Below, piece after piece: positions 9,359-17,799 of a DNA stretch of 19,327 nt. The position numbers and the translations under genes are program-made. The notes under the pieces are model-generated. The model did no database searches. It was not told the DNA's origin and saw nothing but the letters and a program-made list of their open reading frames with translations. This stretch comes from Chlorokybus atmophyticus (Eukaryota > Plantae > Mesostigma and Chlorokybus algae), in assembly GCA_009103225.1 (NCBI GenBank), contig RHPI01003603.1, forward strand, positions 1-19,327, read 5' to 3'. The stretch's first letter is position 1. Every line of letters starts with the position of its first letter.

Positions 9359-9600
9359 GCTGCTGAATATGCTTCTCTATATCTGTGGTGTTGATCAAGG
9401 CTTACTAGTCATACTAGCGTTTACTTGCTGTTGCCGTGCGTTGCTTCGCTGCTGAGCATGCTGCTCTTAACTTGTGGTTTCAACTAAATCTCCTTAGCTA
9501 GCTACCGTGTCATTGCCATTGCCGTTGTGTGGCTGCTGTGAGTGCTGCTCTTCACCTGTGGTTTGAAGCAAATCTTACTAGCGTGTTATGGCTATTGCAT
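9359..9600. repeat. Degenerate tandem repeat, ~3 x 84-89 bp
   Basis: GCTGCTG..TGCTKCTCT..YTGTGGT..A..CT..YTAG core recurs at 9359, 9448 and 9532. Confidence 0.7.
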
Positions 9601-9638
9601 GATCCTTGGCAAATGTCTATATAAGCCTGCAATTGTAG

Positions 9639-9896
9639 CGACCAACGCGCAGGCACGCCACAGCTGAGCGTCTACAAGAGCTCGTCCTCGAGGACGTGAA
9701 GGGAGCCAGCAAGTCGCCAGGGCTTGGGGAGCAGATCCTGCAGCTGATGCAAGAATATGGGAGGAGTCGGGAAGATCTTCTGCAACAGTTGCGACCGCTG
9801 GTAGCAGCACTAGAGGCTCTTGTTCAACAGCTGGGGGGGCAGCGCCGCGAGCCACGTCCCAGCGGCGGCGACGCTGGAGGTGGACCAGACGCCTAG
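9639..9896 (+). CDS. Putative terminal exon or short ORF encoding a Leu/Gln/Glu-rich helical peptide
   Basis: GC-rich open frame after a TGTAG| acceptor: RPTRRHATAERLQELVLEDVKG..EQILQLMQEYGRSREDLLQQLRPLVAALEALVQQLGG..PDA*. It is followed by GT-rich UTR/intron-like sequence. A TATATAA at 9618 could alternatively be a promoter. Confidence 0.4.
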   Translation, partial: RPTRRHATAERLQELVLEDVKGASKSPGLGEQILQLMQEYGRSREDLLQQLRPLVAALEALVQQLGGQRREPRPSGGDAGGGPDA

Positions 9897-10105
9897 GGCC
9901 CTTGTGTAAGTGAATGCTTGTGTACACATGCTTATGTACACAAAAGTTGATTGTGTGTGGGCGTGAGGTGAGCGTGTAGAGAGAGAGAGAGAATGCAAGA
10001 GGGGTATGCCCATATGTGTATGCATTTGTGCATGTCACGCTTGGGTGCAACATGATGATTTGTGCAAAGCACTCAGTGCATGCTGCATCGACCTTGGTTT
10101 TTTTT

Positions 10106-10556
10106 GGGGGGGGGGGGGGGGGGGGGGGNNNNNNNNNNNNNNNNNNNNNNNNNNNNNNNNNNNNNNNNNNNNNNNNNNNNNNNNNNNNNNNNNNNNNNNN
10201 NNNNNNNNNNNNNNNNNNNNNNNNNNNNNNNNNNNNNNNNNNNNNNNNNNNNNNNNNNNNNNNNNNNNNNNNNNNNNNNNNNNNNNNNNNNNNNNNNNNN
10301 NNNNNNNNNNNNNNNNNNNNNNNNNNNNNNNNNNNNNNNNNNNNNNNNNNNNNNNNNNNNNNNNNNNNNNNNNNNNNNNNNNNNNNNNNNNNNNNNNNNN
10401 NNNNNNNNNNNNNNNNNNNNNNNNNNNNNNNNNNNNNNNNNNNNNNNNNNNNNNNNNNNNNNNNNNNNNNNNNNNNNNNNNNNNNNNNNNNNNNNNNNNN
10501 NNNNNNNNNNNNNNNNNNNNNNNTGTGGGGTGGGGGGGGGGGGGGGGGGGGGGGGG
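10106..10556. other. Assembly gap (N 10129-10523) flanked by poly-G
   Basis: Direct reading. Confidence 0.98.
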
Positions 10557-10738
10557 CACGCAAATCAGTGTATTAAGCATGACACAAGAGTCCAAGATTC
10601 CTAGCTGCATGTAGCTAATTGTATAGTGTATACAAGTGTATACAACGAACAACTTGGTGTACGTATAAAAAAAAATGAGAGGACAGTCTACTAGGCTAGC
10701 CAGGATGGAAGACGGGGATAGGTAGAAGTATCATAGGG

Positions 10739-11340
10739 CTATTGTTGGGTGGGGAGGTGGAGGGAGATGATGGTAGGAGAAGGTAGCTTCCATGTGGGGG
10801 AGCAGATCAGATCACTGCTGCCCCATGTGGACTTGAGGGCATTGAGTCTGTCGTTTATGTTGACTGTAGCCAGCACTTTAGACCAGTCTCCTTTTGCCAT
10901 CTCTAGGATGGCTGAAGAGATGGCCAGAATGCATTGCTCTGCAGAGGTGAGTAAGGTATCAAAGTGGAGGCGATTGCATTCTAACCATATGTGCAAAAAC
11001 ACGGGTGGGAGCAGTTTTTGACAAAGCGTTTTCAAGGGTGTATTGGGAGAGGGGGAGTCGAAGAAAAGATTGTGGAGAAATGGGATGAATGAGAGGCCGC
11101 CTGTGACTTACCACCAAGTGCAGAACCACGTCCACACCAGGGCGCTATACTCACCGGCTATAAAGAGATGGGAGGGAGTTTCATGTTGAAGCGTTGGAAG
11201 CGGCCTCCAATGAAGAGTGCGTGGTGGAGGAGAAGCCACATAAAAGAGCGGATTGCTCCTTTGTGTGGAGAGGAGTGGACCAGCTTCCATGCGGACGTCC
11301 ACTGTTCTTCTGCTGTTAAAGGGTGAGGCCATCTACTCGG
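10739..11340 (-). pseudogene. LINE ORF2 zf-RVT and C-terminus
   Basis: WTSAWKLVHSSPHKGAIRSFMWLLLHHALFIGGRF, then VFLHIWLECNRLHF, ending at the stop at 10739. Confidence 0.8.
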
Positions 11341-11395
11341 CGCCTGAGCGAGATGGGCATGTCGGGCTGCTAGGATGTGATAGTGTTGAGATGGA

Positions 11396-11896
11396 CGATG
11401 ACAAGCATACACATGCACAAGTGCACGTCACAACACCAGCGTCAGGAGAACATACAAGACCATCTATTACCATCATGTCCACGGGTTCTATACCCGCCAG
11501 CTACACATGCTTTTACTCTAGAAGGTACTGCATCTAGCACACTCAACCATAACTTGCGTTTTAAGTGCATCCAGGTAGCTAGCGCTAAGAGCTTTCCAAC
11601 AAGCTATGGTACACGCCAAATAGTCAAGTAGCCACTGAGATACAAGTATTCTTCTACAGCGCCGAGAAGTCTCCAGACTCCGGACTCGCCGACGTGCCTA
11701 AGACTTTCTCGTTCCTGGATCTCTCGACTTGAGTCGCCTGGAACCTTCTAGCGGCTATTCCTATATGCAGAGGGCAAGCTGACCGGCTGACCTAGATGTA
11801 AGAATATTCTTAGATAGCGCAGCTTAGCGCGATACTCCCAATGTGAGCTAGATTCAGAGGTAGCGCTAGCTGTGCCTGGAACCCACTCTACTATCA
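11396..11896. mobile_element. Probable solo LTR, 501 bp
   Basis: Ends are CGATGA...CTATCA (TG..CA with the first base changed). Flanks are ATGGA (11391-11395) / ATGGG (11897-11901). Excision joins LINE ORF2 in frame (LHVDP-SQHYH). It shares a TGGAACCTT motif with the 666-bp LTR. Confidence 0.55.
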
Positions 11897-12363
11897 ATGG
11901 GTCCACATGCAGTGAGCGGAGAGGGGCCGAGCCTACCACGCGCCAGTCTTTATATCGTTGAGATGGGGGTAGGGCCAGCCATGGATCGCTGCCCACAGGG
12001 GAGATGGAGAGGAGGGGGGAGCGCCAGCGTTGAGGGGGGCAGATGTTGTATCCGGACAAGCTGATGGCATCCGTGTGAGGAGGAGGAGGAGGATGTGAGA
12101 GTGTCCTGCTGTGGGCCTTTAAGAGCGAATGCCGTGCCCGCGCAGCGGTTACCGGTAGAAATGGCCCCCCAACAGTTCGGCCTTGCCCTCAACTTACATG
12201 CAGATCTAGCCATAACTTAATTAGGGATCCGCATATAAGCAACGTATCGGGTTTTGCATTTTTACCTGCTGCAGCAACAACTTAGTTTGGTATTTGGCTG
12301 TCATTACGGTCAAGTAGTTGGTGTGCAATAAGTTCGGTATCCGTCTTTTCTTGAACTCAATGA

Positions 12364-12588
12364 TGTCCACATCCTGTACTTATTTTTGGTTACATCATGT
12401 ATCAAGGGGATCAAACTTAATGCGAGATCTAACCCCAAAATGTTATGGCTGCAGTTTGCGGCAAAAACCCAAAAAGTGTCCACATCCTGTACTATTTTTT
12501 TGGTTACATCATGTATCAAGGGGATCAAACTTAATGCGTGACCTAACCCCAAAACGTTAGGGTCGCAGTTTGCGGCAAAAACCTAAAA
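12364..12588. repeat. Tandem repeat, 2 copies of ~113 bp
   Basis: TGTCCACATCCTGTACT..GGTTACATCATGTATCAAGGGGATCAAACTTAATGCG..GCAGTTTGCGGCAAAAACC starts at 12364 and again at 12477. Confidence 0.95.
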
Positions 12589-12805
12589 TTTTGCAATGCA
12601 GGATTTGCGACCACGTCGCCGGGTTTCGAAGCTGTGCGGATGCGCCTATCGGGTTGGCAAGCAATGAACTATGACCTCAACCCTGATCGACTAGACTACA
12701 ACAACACAAAACACGACGCCTGGCAAGTGCAATTACACATACCATTTTAAGCTGCCTCAATTGTCTCACGTGCCGCAAGAATTGTTGAAGGGATTGCATG
12801 CATGA

Positions 12806-12927
12806 ATATAGTAGTTATATTATATATATATAATATAACTATATATATACATATACGTATGTATATGCAATATATACATATATATGCAATATATATATAT
12901 ATATATATATGTATGTATACATCTATA
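12806..12927. repeat. (TA)n-rich low-complexity tract
   Basis: Direct reading; lies inside the CACTA element. Confidence 0.9.
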
Positions 12928-14289
12928 AGCCGGTAGCCGTTTATGTATATACGGCTACCGGTACCTGTGTTTTTAATACATAATCGTGAAGGAAATTACA
13001 GGGGTGTAGGTGACTTGAGGATGCAGAATGTGTTAGACCTGTAGTCGCGTCCAAATGCAGCGCTTTATAACTGGCAGATGTTTGCATTGAGTTCCCTGTG
13101 TACTTTTTTTGGCAAGGTTGTTTACGGTGAGGTGGGGAAGTCATTAACTCATGTGCTAGTACCAATTATAACACATGCAAGTAGCAGCCTTCTACATGTA
13201 CTTGCTTGCCCCGCGGCCTGCTACTAGCTAATAAATAGGCCGCGGGGTTGATCTTTGCAATGATGAGGTCATAAAAGCATTAGGGTTTGTACCAGTGCAA
13301 AATAATGATCGTAACACACTCCTTGTTGAGTATACATTAGTATACTATTATTAATGGATGAATTGATCAAAACGTACATGATGATGTGTATAGCATTAGC
13401 ATGTAGCGTCAATGCATTTTTATACTGTCGCCGTGTTCTTAATTGCGTTTGGGAGTATAGTTGCATTGTTAATGATTTGGTTACAACTGTAATCACAATT
13501 TACACATGCCTTTCTCATGACCTAAACCTTTGATTACATCAACGCCGAATCCTCAACATTGTTGAGGATTCGGTGCTTACGATTGTCACCGGCGGAGTGC
13601 CGTTTGTGACAGGTTGTAACAATATTTCGGCTACAGTCATAAAATATATACGAATCCGCCGTAAAGTTTACAAAATCCGCAATTTATGTCCGGCTCCGTC
13701 CATTACAAAGTTGCGGATATAGCTTGACTTGCCGAAACCCATTTCTACCGGTGGGTTGTGGGGTATCTCCTCTATGTGTATGGCTGTAGTGATAGAGTAG
13801 GATGGTGTAGGCAAGCCCCACCATTCTCTGCATGACGGCCTGCATACCCCAGAGTAAAGAATAGCCCGCCGGTCTTTGAGAAGAGACTGTGGCAGAAGAG
13901 AGAGTTGAGCTTGTGTGGAAGAGAGTGAGAGGGGGAGCCAGGTCACAAGTGTTTCTGCTGGGTAGAAGGACCTGGCCATCGTGCTCAATCGGTCATGTAC
14001 CACAAGGAAGCCAGCAGAGCCCAGCGTCTCCAGTGTCGGCGAGAGATGTTGCTGCAGCCGAGAGGCTTATTGTTGTTATCGAGGAAGGGTTTAAGGAAAA
14101 TAAGTTGTCTCAGCACCTCATTATATGTGCTGGGTTGTGGAGGGGATGGGGGGCGCACTAGCTGTGATGATTCAAATATACCTCTAGTGGGTGGGGAGAT
14201 GTTTCATTGGGAGACCCCCTGCTGCATAAGGTGCTGCTTCGCTTGGAAGCTAGCGTATCACTCTGGCGGGGATGTTGGCTTTGGGGGGA

Positions 14290-14725
14290 AGTTGCTCACA
14301 GGCCCACAAGTCCAATGAGAGATGCCCTAAGACTTTCCAGGTAGCCTATGTAAGGTCTATTGATCTCGCAGCCCACTTTGAGAGAAGTGCTGTGGTCTGC
14401 CAGCGTGGGTCATGAACTTCAATTACACTATGTGTACGTGCTTGACACACAGTCGACCAATTGACCAAGCCTCGTGCAGCGGTCGAGGAGCGCTTCCATT
14501 GCAATGCTCTTACGCTAAAGGTAATGGCTTTGGGTGTTGTTGGTGGCAGAGATACCACTGCTGCTAGATGCCACATACATGACAGTATGGCGTGTGAAGA
14601 GATGAGTGCCCGTGCTACCAAGTGGTGTTGCTGCTCCCATCCATGTAGTTTGTGCTAGATACCCGCAGCAACCTGTTTCAATAGTTGTTCCTGATGGAGG
14701 GACAGTTCTAGAGGGACTCAGGATC
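14290..14725 (-). pseudogene. LINE ORF2 thumb/post-RT region
   Basis: KIL(G)VPL, LHGWEQQHHLVARALISSHAILSCMWHL, ALQWK..LVNWSTVC..DPRWQTTALLSKW. Confidence 0.8.
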
Positions 14726-14730
14726 TTCAT

Positions 14731-15396
14731 TGTGACGGTACTCGTGCCTTGTCACCCATGAGTTGGTCCAATCCACAACCCTTTCACCAAGACACGGTAA
14801 TCACACCGGAACCTTGCCCCCTCTGCCAAGCGCACACGCGCGCCCCGCCACTCGCGTACGCACGCGCATGCGCTCCAATCTACACACCGACTTGTGTAGC
14901 GCCTTGGATCGTCACACAAGCAAGCACACACCAGTGGACACACGCTAGCAACCCCTGCTAACCACCATCAAGCTTGCACACAAGAAAATAGGGAGCTAAA
15001 GGTTGTATTGCACACAGTGAAATGTCCTTTGTATACCTACCAGTCTGCAGATGCTGCTGTCCAGACATTTCTCGAGCTAGATAGAATTAGAAGCTAAGTT
15101 ATTCTTATGGAACCTTGCAGAACACTTCTAGACGTTTCCTACACACCAAGGAACTTCTTAAAAGATGCCCACATTGCAAAGTTATACTATTTGGCGCCAG
15201 GCCCTTCCAGAAATCTGGTCGAGTCCTTCTCGACTGGCCCTCCGTTTTCTAGCGTCTTTCAGGCCTGTTCTGGGGCCCGTCGATATCTGCGGCAGGCTCA
15301 CAACTTGCCGATATCCGCCGCAAGTCATGAACGTGGTGCTCAATAAATGGGCTAAGAAAGGTCCTAAGATCATGAAATTTGGCCTCGACTGATACA
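14731..15396. mobile_element. Solo LTR, 666 bp
   Basis: Ends are TGTGAC...GATACA. The 5-bp TSD is TTCAT (14726-14730) / TTCAC (15397-15401). Excision rejoins LINE ORF2 as WLPPTEVV-KIL(G)VPL. AATAAA at 15342-15347. Confidence 0.8.
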
Positions 15397-15401
15397 TTCA
15401 C

Positions 15402-16260
15402 AACCTCCGTGGGAGGAAGCCATCGTACTCCCCAATCTTGCACTGCAGAGGTTACCGGCCCCAGCTACCCCCACGGACTTGTTCATGTTCAGTTGTGAGT
15501 CCGATGCTATGCAGTATGTAAACAAGCACTCTTGCAGTCCCGCAAATGCTGACTCGGTGCGTACCATATAAACCTTGGTATCGTCCGCAAACCCTGTATA
15601 GCGGACTTTGGCATCATCACCAGATTCTTTTACGGGGTTGAGAAGTTAAATGCCTTTCATTGTGGGGGAAGTGCGGAGGAGAGCACCCAATGTCTCTGTG
15701 GCAAGGATGAACAGGGAAGGGGCGAGGGGGCAGCCTTGTCATACACTTTGCTCGAGAGGAAAGGATGCAAAAAGATAGCCATTGATGTTTACGCAGCTGC
15801 GGCCTCCCGTTGATTGTCTGTACCCAATTCAGCCAAGTCTCCGGGAACGCAAGACGTTAAGTACGCGGGTGATGAATGCCCATTGAGTCTGTCAAAGGTC
15901 TTTTCAAAGTCCAGCAAATCGAGTGCGCCTTCCTGACCTGTGGCTTCGGCATGCAATATGACGTCAAGGGCCACTAGGATGTTGTCCAAGATGTATCGGT
16001 GAGGGACAAATCCTACTTGCGCTGGATGTATGTACTCTGGGAGCAGAGGGCGTCGGCGGGTGGAGAGAGTTATAATAAGAAGTTTGTAGTGGACCGTGAG
16101 CAAAGTGATGGGTCTCCGGTTTTTAAGATGGCCCCTATCTCCCTTCTTATAAATAAGGATAATCACGCCTTGCACTGTGTATCCCAGGCGTTGACGCTCA
16201 AGAACATGGAGGCAATATTGGTGGTATTCCTCTTTAAGAAGTGCCAGAAGTGACACCAAA
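15402..16260 (-). pseudogene. LINE reverse transcriptase domain
   Basis: ILIYKKGD..KNRRPITLLTVHYKL, IHPAQVGFVPHRYILDN, LLDFEKTFDR, SV*QGCPLAPSLF (15741-15706), FADDT (15591-15577), ASDSQLNMNKS. Confidence 0.95.
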
Positions 16261-16979
16261 AGGCTATTGTGAAGCCAACCTCACTAGGTGCTTTATGTGG
16301 TGACATGAATGTCAATGCAGCGTGTCAATTCCTCTTTTTTAATGGGGAGCACAAGGTTCTCCGCTTCTTGTGCTTTTTATCGAGGGGAAAGGGCGTCAAG
16401 GCACTTCACCATTGCTTCCTCTATTGCTGCAGGTGATCTATGTGAAAACGTGAACATGTCCTCGTAGAACTTTGCCGCTTCTTCACACATCTTCTATGAG
16501 TTCGTAATAAGGGTGCCGTAAGCATGTCAACTCCATGGTTGATGTAGTGCATGTGATTGACTTGGCGGGGGGGAGTGCCAGCCTAAAAACAATCAGATGT
16601 CATTGTTTCCCTTTTAGCCGCCATCTCGCTGCTCTTTTGTTCAATTGTTTTAAGAGGATTGTGTGTGTGAGGCTGATAGTTCTGGATTTGCAAGGGACTT
16701 TGTAAGCAGTGTATCTATGGTTTGTAGCTCTTAGGAGAGTGTGTCCACCTGTGATATTCGCTGCCTTGCCCGTCTGCGCATGTGTTGTTGTGCTACGCAA
16801 GGCGCTCTATACAGCATTTTTTTTAAACCACACTATATGCTCGCCACCAGCAAGAGTAGATGGGGGTGCGCCACAGTTGCAGAGATCTTCTATCCCTGTG
16901 GTGAAGAGGCAATCGTTCAGCAGGAGGGGATCAAGTTTCCACAACCCTTTTCCAAGTGTGGAGTGCTGCGCAGCTTGAG

Positions 16980-17776
16980 CCTCCACGTAGATAGGTTTGT
17001 GGTCGGATGCCCACTCTGAGGTGATGATGTGACTTGTTAAACAGGAGAAAATAGGTCTCTGGACGCATAGAACCTACAAAGCCAAGCAAGCCTGCGCGCG
17101 TTGCCTGTCCGCATGTTGTCCCAGTTGTATGCGTTGACATCAGGGTGAGAGCATCGCTAGGCATCTTCCACATCTAGCTTATGAAGAAGTATTGCTACAA
17201 GGGAGAAGCCTTCCATGCTGGCGAGGGAGCCATGATGGGAGCGGTCCAATTAAGGGGAGTCCACACACTTTTAGTTTTCGCTCGATACCAATTAGCCGGC
17301 GGCAGGGTTGTGTGAAGGGTACTGATGAAGGTTTCTCGAGACTTGGGACTGATTGATGGGGCATAGATGTTGGCCAGCAAGAGCACTCCACCGTTCCATG
17401 TACCCAGCAGCAGCGATGCGGGTGTGCACTGCGGCAATGCCTGCATGGAAAGACAAAGTCATTGTATTAATAACTTTGCCTTTCCATGATTTCTGGGTAT
17501 AATACTGCAACTCCTCCTCTTGTCTCATCTGCATCTGCCCATACTGATCCACCTTTTTTAGGAGTGTTGTGCGCTCCACAATGCAGTTAAGGTAGCGTCG
17601 AGTTTTGTTTCTTGAAGAAAAAACACTCCTTCTTTGCGACGGAGGAGGGAGTTATTTTTAAAATAGTTTTTGTACGCAATGAGCCATTAAGTTGTGTGGT
17701 CCGAGTTCAAGCCTTCGACATTTCATGACCATATTGGGATGTTTAGCTCTGGTGCATCGTTTGTGTATGAACTCAT
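16980..17776 (-). pseudogene. LINE ORF2 apurinic-like endonuclease (APE) domain
   Basis: MSSYT..IWS*NVEGLN (the W codon has become TGA at 17725-17723), FLQETKL (~17620-17600), LLLANIYAP, SDHKPIYVE (17007-16981). Confidence 0.85.
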
Positions 17777-17799
17777 TTCATTCCTAGCACTCTGCTCCA

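Larger units (their letters stand above)
12150..13753. mobile_element. Non-autonomous CACTA/En-Spm (CMC)-type DNA transposon, 1604 bp
   Basis: TIRs TACCGGTAGAAATGG (12150-12164) and CCATTTCTACCGGTG (13739-13753), 14 of 15 identical. The 3-bp TSD is GGT (12147-12149 and 13754-13756). Excision restores the LINE frame IEEIPH-NRCAGTAF. Subterminal TTCGG/CCGAA and ATCCGC motifs recur. No transposase ORF is visible. Confidence 0.88.

Noticed and set aside
9592-10652. Long ORFs with poly-Pro, poly-Gly or poly-X
   Set aside because: Artefacts of poly-G and the 395-N gap.
12364-12588. CRISPR array or telomere
   Set aside because: No unique spacers and the context is eukaryotic; telomere-like words are single and not arrayed.
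12812-12841. Perfect 30-bp palindrome TAGTTATATTATATA|TATATAATATAACTA
   Set aside because: Mostly (TA)n, where palindromes arise trivially.
12930-13247. GC-rich hairpins as Helitron 3' ends
   Set aside because: Neither is followed by CTRR at the expected distance on either strand, and both lie within a TIR element.
15107-15392. Plus-strand ORFs of 75-79 aa as genes
   Set aside because: They lie wholly within the solo LTR and carry no protein motifs.
15590-15630. Plus-strand PCIADFGI resembling a protein-kinase DFG motif
   Set aside because: It is the antisense of the LINE RT FADD region, and no other kinase motifs (HRD, APE, VAIK) are present.
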